Positions 52,264 to 63,944 of a DNA stretch of 64,000 bases are shown here, piece by piece. The stretch comes from Minisyncoccota bacterium. Lineage in GTDB: Bacteria > Patescibacteriota > Minisyncoccia > Phycocordibacterales > UBA918. The DNA lies in assembly GCA_041389005.1 (NCBI GenBank), contig JAWKSR010000001.1, positions 102,465 to 166,464 of the forward strand. Reading direction: 5' to 3'. Position 1 is the first letter of the stretch. Each line of letters opens with the position of its first letter. Under the pieces are notes generated by a model. That model did not search any database, was not told the DNA's origin, and saw only the letters and a program-made list of their open reading frames with translations. The position numbers and the translations under genes are program-made.

Positions 52264-53326
52264 ATGACTAAGAAAGACTATTACGAAACACTCGGACTGG
52301 CTCGTGGTGCTAGTAAAGATGAGGTTAAAAAAGCCTTTCGTAAACTAGCTGCCAAGTATCACCCCGACAAAAAACTGGCGATGAAGCCAAGTTTGAGAGA
52401 TCAGTGAAGCGTACGCAGTATTGAGCGATGACAAGAAAAAGGCTGAATACGATGCCTATGGTCACGCCTTCTCTGGCAGCGGTGGTCCACAAGGCTGGGG
52501 TGGAGGAAACCCATTTGGCGGTGAAACGGGTGTTGAGTTTGATATCAACGATATCTTTGAAAACTTCGGCGATATGTTCGGTGGTGGTTTTGGCGGCGCG
52601 CGGCAAAAGCGGGGACGTGATATCTCAATTGATATTGAACTCACCTTTAAAGAAGCTGTGTTTGGCGTAGAACGGAAGGTCTTACTGTCTAAAAATAATA
52701 CCTGCAACCAGTGTCAAGGTAGTGGTGCTAAAGCAGGAACTGAACTCACCACTTGTGAGACCTGTAATGGCAACGGAAAAGTGCGCGAGACACGGCAGAG
52801 TATCATGGGTAGTTTTACTACCGTGCGAGCCTGCAGTGCGTGCAATGGCACCGGAAAGGTCCCGAAAGAAAAGTGCGGGCACTGTGCTGGAACAGGAGTA
52901 CGAAAGGAAGAGAGTGAAATCGCCATCAATATCCCAGCGGGAGTTGAAAACGGTGAGGTCATTCGTCTCACCGGGCAAGGTGAGGCTATACCACAGGGAG
53001 TACCAGGTGACTTATACGTGAAGTTGCACGTACACGGTGATCAGGACGTAAAACGCGATGGACTTAATCTTATCCGCACCCTACCGGTAAAGCTTACCGA
53101 TGCGCTTTTAGGTAACACCTATCATGTTGAGACCCTTGATGGGGGAGTGGATATAAAAGTTCCGGCCGGAGTCAAACACGGGGAAACGCTACGTATTAAA
53201 GGTAAGGGAGTGCCATCTGGCAACCGCCGCGGTGATTTCTTGGTCAAGATAACTATTGCCACCCCCACCAAACTCTCCCGCAAAGCGCAGAAGTTGGTTG
53301 AGGAATTAAGGGATGAAGGAGTATAA
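52264..53326 (+). pseudogene. dnaJ: Co-chaperone DnaJ, two frameshifts in the J-domain
   Basis: J-domain [37 protein letters not shown], then a shift, GDEAKFE, a second shift, and [18 protein letters not shown]. The intact remainder (52421-53326) has the G/F region and four CxxCxGxG zinc motifs. Confidence 0.85.
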
Positions 53327-53359
53327 AACACGCGCCCGGCACATATGCCGGGCGTGTTT
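53327..53359 (+). terminator. GC-rich hairpin plus T-run after dnaJ
   Basis: aacacgcgcccggca / tgccgggcgtgtt, followed by ttt. Confidence 0.65.
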
Positions 53360-53435
53360 GCTACCTGCTGAGTTCTCCAAAGATGATCAGGCTGAAAAAT
53401 CCCAAGCCCAAGTAGATAGAACCTTCAACAAAGGG

Positions 53436-53540
53436 TCATTGGAAAAAAGTACAGGTGCACTTGGCGGGTACGAAAAACATATACCCAACTATAAAAAGCA
53501 AGCCAGTCCCAGTAGCAAAAAGAGCATTTGTACACGACAT
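53436..53540 (-). CDS. Small hydrophobic peptide (34 aa as sequenced) with a strong SD
   Basis: AAAGGAGG immediately precedes the ATG at 53540 on the minus strand. Product is MSCTNALFATGTGLLFIVGYMFFVPAK... A second hydrophobic stretch continues in another frame to ~53363, so a frameshift is possible. Confidence 0.3.
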   Translation of the reverse strand: MSCTNALFATGTGLLFIVGYMFFVPAKCTCTFFQ

Positions 53541-53571
53541 ACCTCCTTTCGTGTTCTATGTAAAGTAAAAT

Positions 53572-54012
53572 ATGGTTGTAATTGAGTCAATATGCCTCAA
53601 CAAAATACTCAATTTGATTTTTGGCGATAGTAGGAAGCCTCAACATGCATTTGTCGTACATGAAGGTATCATTACCGACCGTGGTAGTCGGTATTCGGTC
53701 AGCTACGGTAAGGTGACCGAAAGGCGAGATGATATAAAATTCTTTCTTAAAGAGCTTAAACGTAACAAAAAGTATGCTAAAGCAACCCATAACACTTGGG
53801 CAGCCCGCGTTAGTCATGACGGTGCCATTTTTGAAACTAAAAACGATGACGGGAGACGGGCGCGGGTATGGTCATCCTGCGTGTAATGCAAAGAGAATAT
53901 TACTGATTGCGTTATCTGTGTGACGCGGTGGTTTGGAGGCGTCAAACTGATGGGCGACCGCTTCAAGCACGTCCAAGACGCTACTAAATACGCTATTAAA
54001 GACATCAAGTAA
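53572..54012 (+). pseudogene. IMPACT/YigZ (UPF0029) family protein, two frameshifts
   Basis: DRGSRYSVSYGKV...ATHNTWAARV...NDDG, then shift 1 at ~53852, (E)TGAGMVILRVMQRE, shift 2 at ~53896, then NITDCVICVTRWFGGVKLMGDRFKHVQDATKYAIKDIK*. Confidence 0.7.
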
Positions 54013-54073
54013 CCTGGGTAATTTATCCCAAACGCTAAAACTTTTCACTGCGTAAGGAGTCTATAATACACAG

Positions 54074-54588
54074 ATGGACACCGAAAACGCCCTTATATCG
54101 CAGATCTACTTCAGGAATCATTGTACTTGATTATTGTTGCTCATAATCTTCTGTTCTTTGCTTTGAAGAAGGGGAGACAGACTGTAACCAATATCATCCT
54201 CGGTCTGTATCTTGCTCTTTTGATATCGCTGGAGTTTCCGTTTTACGATCAGCTTTTACCGGCGACTCTGCCAGCACCGAATCAGCCGTGCATTCTGATT
54301 ATCTTTGCGTTTTTGCTTTTTTGAGCACCTGGTTATTTGCCCGCATCCTGCCGCGTGAATATGACGAACGAGCATTTGAGGCTTTTTTCCGGAAGCTCTT
54401 GCTGGCAGCGTAGGAACGATTCTTGTTATGATCTACAGCTACCACGTACTGCCAATTACAGACTTTATTACCCCAGGCTCGCCAATCAATTCTTCGGATC
54501 AGAACAAAGTTTCTTCTGGTGGCTCATGGCACCAATCCTAATCTTGTTCTTGTGTAAATTTGTATGGTGCCATTGTGGATTTTACTAA
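54074..54588 (+). pseudogene. Hypothetical membrane protein, fragmented
   Basis: Hydrophobic segments appear in several frames (LIIVAHNLLFFAL, NIILGLYLALLISLEFPFY, FFWWLMAPILILF). No family assigned. Confidence 0.3.
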
Positions 54589-55508
54589 GCCTTGGCGGTA
54601 CAGTCTTGGCAGTTGGTGGTACCTTGTTTGATAAATACTTGCACAAAGTACTTTAGTGATGCAAAAAGTGACACCGGAGCTGGTGCTTTGCTAATATTTT
54701 CTGCATATTTTTCAATTATCATTCTGGCAGCTCTTTTTTTATTTACCTTTTTCCCGGTTAATTGAATTTCAATCAGCTTCTATTAAATACGCTCTCGCGG
54801 CAGGATTGCTAAACGGATTATGGATATTGCTTTATTTACAGGCACTTAATCGAGTCGATGTATCAAAAGTGGTGCCATGTTCAGACCATACCAGCTTTTG
54901 GTTTAGTTTTTTGCTTTTTTTATCACACTAGGCGAAATTATTACCCTTGAACAGATGGGCGCAATGGGTTTGATGCTTGTCGGTGCTGTAATTTTGGTGC
55001 ATGAACGGCAACACAGTTTTTTTAAACTTGATCTTAAGACCTTGGCTTTAATGTTAAGTGCTGCTGGCTTAGTAGCATTGAGTCAAACACTTTTTAAGGT
55101 CAGTACCACGTACTCTAATTATGTAACGAGTGCATTTTGGCTTTGGCTCGGCTTCTTTTTGTTTGGACTGTGTATTCATATCCTAAACAGAAAATATCAG
55201 AACAATTTAAGTACCTCTTACACAAACGCGTACGTAGTGCATTGACACTCAACACCAGCAATGAACTATTTGATAGTCTTGGCGAATTGTTACTATTTGC
55301 TGCCATTATGATTGGACCGATCGCTTTGGTACAGACCTTAGGAGTGTACGAACCATTGCTTATTTTTCTTGTTAGTATCGTGTTGGCAATAAAGTATCCA
55401 CAACACTTCAAGGAAGACGTGGAACGAGAAGCTATACTGCAGAAGACTTTGGGTATCGGTGTTGTATTGTTAGGTAGCCTGGTGCTGTACAGTTTGATTG
55501 AAATATAA
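54564..55508 (+). pseudogene. EamA/DMT-superfamily-like transporter, fragmented
   Basis: About 10 hydrophobic segments over three frames. The intact tail 55137-55508 and the piece 54955-55245 look like tandem EamA halves. The assignment is tentative. Confidence 0.45.
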
Positions 55509-55518
55509 AATACACAAC

Positions 55519-56856
55519 GTGAGCACATGTGATTTTAAAAACAAGATAGTTGTTCTAGGTTATGGTTCGATTGCTAAGGCTGTTTTACCTTTGATTCCTT
55601 CACATTTTTCTACTCAATCACAATCCATTCTGGTGGTAGCGAGAGACATACCTGATCCTCAACTCATTGAACAATTAGGGTTCTCCTACCAAGAACACAC
55701 CCTCACCAAAACCAACTATCAAACAGTCTTGGATGATTTAGTTATGGAAGGTGACTTGCTCGTCAATCTGACCGCAGAAGTAAGTAGTCTTGATCTTATG
55801 CAGTACTGTACAGAACACAATGTCTTGTATCTTGATACTTGTATTGAATTGTGGGCAGACGAAATTGATCCAGATAGTAAAACGTATGATGAGCGTGAAC
55901 TGTTACTTAAGTTACAACGCTCTGTACCTCCGCAATCAAGTACTGCTTTGTCCTCTATGGGTGCGAATCCTGGCTTAGTTTCTCTTTTAACTAAACGACT
56001 TCTCCTTTTAATAGCGCATGAAGTCGGTGTGACACAAAAGACACCACAAATAAATGAAGAATGGGCGTTGCTGGCAAAAGAACTAACTGTCCGTATTATT
56101 CACATCAATGAGCGTGATACTCAGTATACGAGCGATCCAGTAACAGCAAACGATTTCTTAAGCACCTGGTCGGTAGAAGCCATGATTATGGAGAGCATCG
56201 AAGCAGCGGAGATGTCCATCGGGAGTCATGAAGAAGTCTTGCCAAATGGGGCACATTATAGTGGGAAGAAGAATCGACGTGATATCTACTTTGACGCCTC
56301 TGGCAAAGACGTACAAATCAAGACCTGGTTGCCACAAACAGGCGAACAATATGGAATGGTACTGAATCACAATGAACCGATGTCAATTGCAGAGTTGTAC
56401 TCTAAATGACAAGAACGATACTTATTCTCCAACTGTTTGCTGTGTATCACCCCTGATCAAACCATGGAGTCACTTACCTTACTGCCGATAATTATCAGAA
56501 AAAAGAAGGTAGGGTGCTTCTAAAAGATAGAGGATGGGAACGATGAACTAGGTGTGTTTATTATGACTGAGAAATATGGCTCTTTTTTGGCTGGGATCAC
56601 AACTCGATATACATTACCGCCCGCATTAATCCTGAAAGTTCTGCCACTTCACTTCAAGTAGCAGGTGGTGTTATTGCAGGCATGTGTTGATCGTAGAAAA
56701 TCCAAATCAGGGTCTTAATTGGACAGCCACTATCAACCATGGAAAGCTACGCTACTGGATTTGGCAGAAATGTACTGGGGCGGTTACGTATATAGACGTA
56801 CTGATTGGACACCTACATCAAAAAGTGCTGACTGCTTCAATTTAAACATTTTCTAA
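55519..56856 (+). pseudogene. Homospermidine synthase / saccharopine-dehydrogenase-like NAD-binding enzyme, 3' third fragmented
   Basis: KIVVLGYGSIAKAVLPLI (Rossmann), GDLLVNLTAEVSSLDLMQYC, VLYLDTCIELW, SSMGANPGLVSLLTK. After 56409 the frame breaks repeatedly, though the homology continues (…VAGGVIAG…, RTDWTP…). Confidence 0.55.
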
Positions 56857-56926
56857 GAGCGAGTAATTAACATTACATAAACTTACCTGACTTACTTTCG
56901 TAAAGAGAGTGCTAAAATAGATGTAA

Positions 56927-57270
56927 ATGGACAAAAAAACAAAGTTTTTAATAGTGGATTCATGATTGCTTTTGTCATGCTATCCGTCTCTGCAAAATAC
57001 TATAAGTTTTCAGTCGCAGAAGACTATTACATTTCAGCGGAATTAAGTTGCGATGTTGAAACTGAATCTTGCTTTGTCTGGGACTGTGACCCATCTGATG
57101 AAGAATGCGACCAAACTCATATAAGTATATCTGGAAACATGCTTCAAATGTTCCATTAGACCCACTCGTGGGCGAGTGTCCCGAACTGCAAATGTGTACT
57201 GCTGACGAAGACTGCGAGATAATTCTTTTGCTCTGAAGAAAGTTTGGGAGATGAAGAATTTTGCCATACT
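56927..57270 (+). pseudogene. Small Cys-rich secreted or membrane-anchored protein, fragmented; end approximate
   Basis: MDKKTKFLIV, a frame break, then FMIAFVMLSVS...CDVETESCFVWDCDPSDEECDQT..., with further Cys-rich text (ECPELQMCTADEDCE) in another frame. Confidence 0.3.
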
Positions 57271-57272
57271 GA

Positions 57273-57858
57273 ATGATGAGCTTTAGTAACGAAAACAGTG
57301 CGAACCTTTCTTGGGAGTAAATAAGAAACCCAGACTAGCCGAAAGCTCTGTCGCAGGAGTGTGTTATATTGCGCAAAACGCCATTAGGAAAATGAACTTC
57401 GATTGTTCAAGCTGGTCGTTGTGTTCATGTAACGCAAATTGACAACTCCGCTATGGAGCCCTACTGGTACTACGGCTTCCAGGTAGAGCGAGACGTTTAT
57501 TTTTATCCTTTATCAGTCAATGGAGAGCCCTGTTTGGATGGTATTTTTCGTATAAACCACAGTTGTGACCCCAATGCAGGCTTTTCTGGTCAGATATCTC
57601 TTTGTAGTTTCTCGTGACATATCATCCTGGTGAAGAGGATTTCCATGATTATGCTATGACGGATGTGGAAACAACTGATGAAGATGCCTGGTCTCCCGAA
57701 ACATGTAATTGTGGGACTGCAAATTGCAGAAAATGATCACCGGTCATGATTGGGAAAACCCTGAATCCGAGAAAAAAAAAAAAAGAAGCGCAGGCTATTT
57801 CTCAACACATGTTGCAAACGCAATCAAAAATGGAGCTCAAACAAATGCTAGACTGTAG
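57273..57858 (+). pseudogene. SET-domain methyltransferase-like protein, fragmented
   Basis: GIFRINHSCDPNAGF (NHSC motif), HPGEE.FHDYAM, post-SET CNCGTANCRK.ITGHDW. Several frame breaks. A 13-nt A-run lies at 57772-57784. Confidence 0.6.
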
Positions 57859-57895
57859 ATAATATGTTCTGTTCAGATGAGTTTTCTTTAGCTAT

Positions 57896-59562
57896 ATGAA
57901 ACTACAAGCAATTTGACCTCTTTTTAGTCCTGAGGTTCCTGCACTCATTTACTACTCCCATATTACTGCCGTAGTCATAACGCTACTTTTAAGTGATCTG
58001 TTATCTCAATGCAATAAAACGCTTCCAGCTAAAAAATCTTGCTAGCTATCTCAATTGCATTTTCAGCACTTTCCATTTTAGACATCTTCCTTGGACAAAT
58101 TAATGTGGGAGTAGTGATGTTTTTGTGGTCATTCTGGTTATCTTTGTTCATACTGATTTTCGGTCTAAGTTTCTATTTTCTTTATACCTTATCAAAGGGC
58201 ATGACATTTCGTTTAAATACAAACTTTCCTTTGTCGTCATACTCTTCTTGATTGAGGCATTCAGCCACACAGCTTAACTTAGAATATTTTGATCTAACTT
58301 ACTGAAGCAGGAGAAGGAGTTCTTGATGTTAAACACCGTATTCGGACTTTCCTTCGTTATCTTCTGTGCGTCAGTTCTCTTGGCTTTTATGCAGTTCGAC
58401 ACTAACGGATGAAGATAAGCAACACTCAGCACTACTAGCAACTACCGGCATTGGTTTATTCTTGTTGATCTTCTCTTTTGCAACGTACTTGGCAAGTATT
58501 GTGAGTATTGTCTTTAAGAATGGATCATTAGTATTTATTACTGAACAATATGGGTACTTTGGCATGACCATTTTCATTGGTTTCCTAGCGTACATAATTG
58601 TTCGTTACAAAGCTTCTCAGATCAAACTTATTGCCACTAGGGCAATTGTTGTTGCTTAGTACTGCTCATCGCCTCGCAGTTCCTGTTTGTGCGTAGCGAC
58701 GCTGCCATTGTACTTAGTGGAGTAACCTTAGCGCTTGCGTTCGGTTTTGGCTATTTACTTATTCGTAGTGTGCGGCGAGAGATCGAGCAACGCGAGGAGA
58801 TCGAGAAACTGGCGAAGAAGTTGGGCGCGCAAGCTAACAAGCGACTTAAGAAATTGGACCAACTTTAAATCTGAGTTTGTCTCGACGTTTCACATCAGCT
58901 CCGCAGCCCGCTCACATCTGTACGCGGCTACGCGTCTATGCTCATGGAGGGCTCCTTTGGTAAGCTGACACCTAAAGCTAAAGAAGCCATAGAGCGTATC
59001 AACGAGTCTGCCCGGATTTATGGCGTTGTCAGTAGAGGATTATCTTAATGTATCACGCATCCAGACGGGCAACATGAAGTACGAGAACTCTGACTTTAAT
59101 CTTCGTGATATGGCAGAACAAGTGGCTGACGAGTTGCGTCCGGAGAGGCATTCTCCGGCGGGGCTTATGGTTACTTTAGAACTGACCTGAGACGAAAGGT
59201 GTCGTGCATAAGGACATCGGCAAGACCAAGCAAGGGATACAAAATTTGGTAGACAACTCCATGAAATACATCTCAAAGGGCTCTATTAAAATCTTTGTAC
59301 ATGACAATAAACGCAAGAAACGCATATATGTTGATGTAATCGACACCGGTATTGGCATGAGTGGAGGAGATCGATCTACTCCAGTGTTTGATAAGTTTGA
59401 GCGAGCTGGAGAATGCTAACTATGTAAACGTAACTGGTACTGGACTTGGGCTCTTTGTCGCCCGGGAAATGGCACAAGCCATGGGTGTGACGTCTACGCT
59501 ACCTTCTAAGGGCGAAGGCAAAGGCTCAACGTTTACCTTTCGAGATGCCTGTACAGATGTAA
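57896..59562 (+). pseudogene. Sensor histidine kinase with a multi-TM N-terminal domain, heavily fragmented
   Basis: About 6-7 hydrophobic helices (57.9-58.75 kb). HisKA-like (F)VSTFHISSAARSHL is out of frame with (S)HQLRSPLTSVRGYASMLMEG. HATPase_c motifs NLVDNSMKYISKGS, DTGIGM, GTGLGLFVAREMAQAMG, GKGSTFTF. Confidence 0.65.
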
Positions 59563-59564
59563 AT

Positions 59565-59899
59565 ATGAAGCTTACAGGAATAACTATTGGTAAAAGTAGC
59601 TATCACCAAGGATATCCTTTGAAGGTTATGTAATGTTCTGGAATCAAAAAGCGTGGCTGGCAGTTGGATTCTACATTTATCACTATAGATGATACGGACT
59701 TGAAAGCAATTGCCGATGAATGGATGAGGGTTTGTGGTGGCCACATTTTTGGGAAAATAAGTCTTGATATGATTTTCTTTGTTTACAAAATAAAATATTT
59801 GAGGGTACCAATCAGATCATACCTAAACAAGACGCGATTCAGTATGGATTAAACATCGGAATACCAGAAGGTCAAATGCATTTCAAATTCGAATTATAA
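59565..59899 (+). pseudogene. Possible receiver-domain response regulator remnant
   Basis: Weak evidence only: it follows the kinase, is ~110 codons long, and shows scattered receiver-like strings (ITIDDTDLKAIA, ISLDMI, VPI..YLNK) across frames. Confidence 0.25.
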
Positions 59900-59917
59900 T
59901 CTGGTACTATCCTAGAC

Positions 59918-60851
59918 ATGGCTAAAAAACGACTACTGACTGGATTGCAATCTTCCGGCACCTTGCATATCGGCAATTACTTTGGGGCACTCAAACCATT
60001 TGTGGAGACGATGAGTACGAAAGTTTTTTGATGGTGGCAGACTACCATTCTTTAACCTCACTAAAAAACCCGGTGGCAGTGCGACAATCTACGATAGACG
60101 CTGTAAAAGACTATATCGCTGGGGGAGTAGACCCAGAGAAAGCGATCATATTTAAGCAATCTGATGTGTCACAACACACTGAGCTTGTCGATATTAAACT
60201 GCCAAGTGACTGTCCTGTTTTTGATGCAAGCACACGCCTACAAGGACAAGGTTGCTAAAGGATTGGAAGCTAATGCTGGTCTGTTTACCTACCCAATGCT
60301 GATGGCGGCAGATATTTTACTCTATGACACCGAAGTTGTGCCGGTAGGGGAGGATCAACGCCAACATGTCGAGTACGCCCGCGAAGCTGCCACTAAGTTT
60401 AACAACGTCTACGGTGAGACATTTACAACGCCACAAGAACGCATAAATGAGAGTACTGGTGTCATTCCCGGCACTGATGGTAAAAAGATGAGTAAGAGTT
60501 ACAAAAATACTATTCCACTGTTTGGTACACCACAAGAGATCGAGAAAGCAGTCATGAGTATCGTGACTGACTCAGACGGCGACCACCCGGAGCATGTCTA
60601 CAACATCCATACTTTAGAACCGAAGCCGAGCTCAAGCCACTATGGGCGAAGAACATAAAGGGCGTTATGGTGATCTGAAGAAACTACTTTGGCAGACATT
60701 GAAGCAACAGTAGCGCTAATGCGTGAGCGCCGCGATAGCCTGAGCGATGATGATGTGCGAGATATCCTAAAGGCTGGAGCAGAGAAGGCTCGAATACACG
60801 CTGAGCAAAAAATGACAGCCGTGCGGAGAAAAAGTAGGCGCTACTTTGTAG
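59918..60851 (+). pseudogene. trpS: Tryptophan--tRNA ligase, fragmented
   Basis: LLTGLQSSGTLHIGNYFGALKPF (HIGH-type), FTYPMLMAADILLYDTEVVPVGEDQRQHVEYAREAA, GKKMSKSYKNTIPLF (KMSKS). Several frame breaks and stops. Confidence 0.8.
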
Positions 60852-60865
60852 TTGACGTTTTATAA

Positions 60866-61053
60866 GGAGAGCGTTAGTCTAGAAGATACCAATGACGCGG
60901 ATGATAACGCTGAGGTTTAGTTTAATAAAACAAGGGTTTATGTATCATTAATGATACATAAACTGAAGTGGGTGGCACCACGTGGCAATCTACGAGATTA
61001 GTAAACGTCCCTGCATTCGTATTATTCACTAATATGCATGCAGGGACGTTTTT
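60866..61053 (+). promoter_or_regulatory. T-box-like riboswitch leader upstream of aspS
   Basis: Short Stem I (agcgtta 60870-76 / taacgct 60905-11). Perfect 14-bp Stem-III-like palindrome (60936-60963). T-box core GGGTGGCACCACG (60970-60982). Terminator aaacgtccctgcat / atgcagggacgttt plus T5 (61003-61053), whose 5' arm (CGTCCC) can alternatively pair with the ACG and GGG of the T-box core. Confidence 0.6.
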
Positions 61054-61160
61054 AAATGAAGAAACGAGCGCCCGCGACTATTCTGAATTTACAAAACCGA
61101 ATTTGCTCCCTTCTTAGAGCAAATTCCTGACGCACCCAGCATAAGATTAGATTAAATATT

Positions 61161-62518
61161 ATGGAAAGAATACTAAGTAAACAAACTCAAAGAACACATA
61201 TAGATAGCGAAGTAATCATTAACGGCTGGGTTGATGTTGCTCTCGACATCAGGGCAAATGGCGTTCTTCGACTTTCGCGACTGTACCGGCACCATCCAAG
61301 GTGTAGTCTTTGGGAAACCTGAGGTGCTTGAGGTAGCTAAGTCTCTACGCCCAGAGTGCATGCCGTTCGTGTCACTGGCAAGTGAATCGGCGACCAGATA
61401 ACATGGTCAACGATAAGATAGAGAACGGCACATCGAGCCTTCTGAAATCACCGGTATTGAAGTCTTAAGCCCTGCTGCTGAACTACCCTTTGACATGGAC
61501 GCTGAGCTCTTCATTGAAGCTAACTTTGACTATCGACCGTTTACCCTCCGTAGAGCGAGAACGGGCAATTTTCAACATTCAGGCGGCTATTACACGGTGT
61601 TACGGTGAAGGCCTACGTAGTGAAGGGTTTACTGAGTTCCAAGCACCCAACTGGTTGGTGGTGACGAGGTGGCGCAGAGGTCTTTAAAGTGAGTACTTCA
61701 AAGACCGCACCGCCACCTGGCAACCAGCCCACAGTTCTATAAACAGATCATGGTGGGTGCTTTTGAACGGGTCTTTTTCTTTTGCCACTGCCTTTCGGGC
61801 TGAGAAGAGTGCCACCACGAGACACCTTAGTGAATACACCTCACTCGATATGGAAATGGGTTTCATCGCCGATCACCTTGATGTGATGAAAGTAGAGACA
61901 GGACTGATGCGTCATATCACTAACCACCTCAAAGAACACCATCAAAAAGAACTTTCTATCCTTGGTGTTGAAGCACCTCTCGTGCCAGCCGGTGATATTT
62001 TTCCGCATATGAAATTGCGTGAGGCACAAGCGCTTATTAAAGAACGCACCGGAGCTGATAAGACCAACGAACCCGACTTAGAACCTGAGGATGAGCGCTG
62101 GTTGTGCCAGTACGCCCATGATGAACTAGGGAGTGACTTCATCTTCATTACTCACTACCCAGTGAGTAAACGCCCGTTCTATACGTATGAAGACGAGGCT
62201 GATCCAGGCTTTACTAAAAGTTTCGACTTGCTCTTCCGGGGCGTGGAAGTAACAACTGGTGGGCAGCGCGTACATGACCCTGAAGTGCTTAAGGCTAAGA
62301 TCACAGAGAAAGGGCTCGATCCTGAAAACTTCAGTTTCTACCTGCAAGCCTTTCAATACGGTATGCCGCCACACGGTGGGTGGGGGATGGGGCTCGAACG
62401 CCTCACCGCGAAGTTCTGTGGAGTACAAAACGTAAAAGAAGCCACCCTCTTTCCACGCGACATCAACCGTATCGACACCCTGCTTTATAAATCGGACGAG
62501 AGCAAAGACAGTGAATAG
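61161..62518 (+). pseudogene. aspS: Aspartate--tRNA ligase, archaeal/type-2 (~430 aa), N-terminal half fragmented
   Basis: The intact C-terminal part (61757-62518) has FRAEKSATTRHLSEYTSLDMEMGFI and GMPPHGGWGMGLERL. The N-terminal OB-fold text (VIINGWVDV..RD..., GTIQGVV) is spread over several frames. Confidence 0.8.
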
Positions 62519-62520
62519 TT

Positions 62521-63944
62521 ATGAAAATAAAAACCACAAAAGCAGCAATTGAAAAAACTCCTAAAAAATATGTGCGTTTGGTGTTATCCGAGAAAAGTAA
62601 AGATTATCACCGACTGGTGGAAAAAAGTAACGGGGTCATGGAGTATCACTTAGGTGTGGGAAAGTACAAAGATATTACACCACGGCAATTTACCACTCTC
62701 ATTCGTAGTATTGTACAAGCTGCCAACGCGCACAGCATACAGTATTTAGCAATACAGTTCTCCAAAACTCCGTTTACACAGCTAAAAGAACGTGGTGATG
62801 ATTGGGTAGTCTCAACCATAGCTGAAAATGTTTATTTAGCGGATTACAAATTCACTACTTATAAAACTGCTAATAAAAAGAAGAGCCAATTAGCAGAGGT
62901 GCTTCTCTGTGGTGGTTTAAAAAAGTCTGAGGAGGTAGCACTGAAACGTGGGGAAGTTGTGGCTACGTTTGTTAATCACGCTCGGGATATTGCCAGCTAC
63001 CACGGAACGATATGACCCCTTCAGTCTTGGGTAAGACTGCCCAAAAACTAGCAAGGGGCACGTCCATAAAAGTAAAGGTTTTGGGGCCAAGAGAAATTAA
63101 AAAAGAAGGTTTACACGCCTTATGGGCAGTCGGAAAAGGTGCCGATGACTTGCCTCGTTTCATTGTTATGGAATATTGGGGGGCAGGAAAAGCTCGTAAA
63201 ACCGATAAAAGTAAATCTAAACGACCCATTGTTCTTGTCGGCAAGGGTATTACCTATGACACAGGAGGATTGAACGTGAAGCCGAGCGGCAGTATGCATG
63301 ACATGCACATGGATATGTCTGGAGGGTCTTCAGTCATTGCTAGTATCGTCTGTGCGGCAAAACTGAAATTAAAGAAAAATGTTATCGTCATTGTACCTAC
63401 GGCAGAAAATGCCATTTCTGACCGATCCATGCGCGCAGGTGATATCATCAAATCTCACGCTGGAAAGACGATAGAGGTTGTCCATACAGATGCAGAAGGA
63501 CGACTTGTTTTGGCAGATGGTTTATCTTACGCGAGGCAGTATAATCCACGAGTTGTGTTGGACGTGGCTACCCTTACCGGAGCAGCCCTTGTGGCACTTG
63601 GTCAACACGCATCAGCGATTATGACAAGAGATGTGAAGCTACAGCAACGGCTAGAGGAGCTAGGTGAGTTAAGTGGTGATTATGTGTGGGCGTTGCCATT
63701 ATGGAAAGAATACGAACAGCATATCAAAAGCAGTCGTGCTGATATTGCTAATATTGCACCAAACTTCTCACGCTACGGTGGTGCTATCGAAGGAGGTTCT
63801 TTCTTAGCTACCTTTGCCCCTAAGTGTCCATGGGCACATATTGATATTGCACCACGCATGGAGAGTATCGCTAGTGACAAGTTAGCAAAAGGATCAACGG
63901 GAGAGCCTGTGCGTCTCCTGGTAAAGTTTCTTGAACAGTATTAG
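62521..63944 (+). pseudogene. pepA: M17 leucyl aminopeptidase, one frameshift near 63000
   Basis: ORFs 62521-63015 and 63012-63944 join at ARDIAS/LPRNDMTP when 1 nt is restored. Catalytic-domain motifs VGKGITYDTGG and HTDAEGRLVLAD. Confidence 0.85.

Noticed and set aside
59640-59917. A T-box leader upstream of trpS (strings such as AAUGGA, GAGGGUACCAAUC, GUGGUGGCCAC)
   Set aside because: No intact GGGUGGNACC core was found, nor a terminator with a U-run. The interval is better explained as a degraded receiver-domain gene that ends ~20 nt before trpS.
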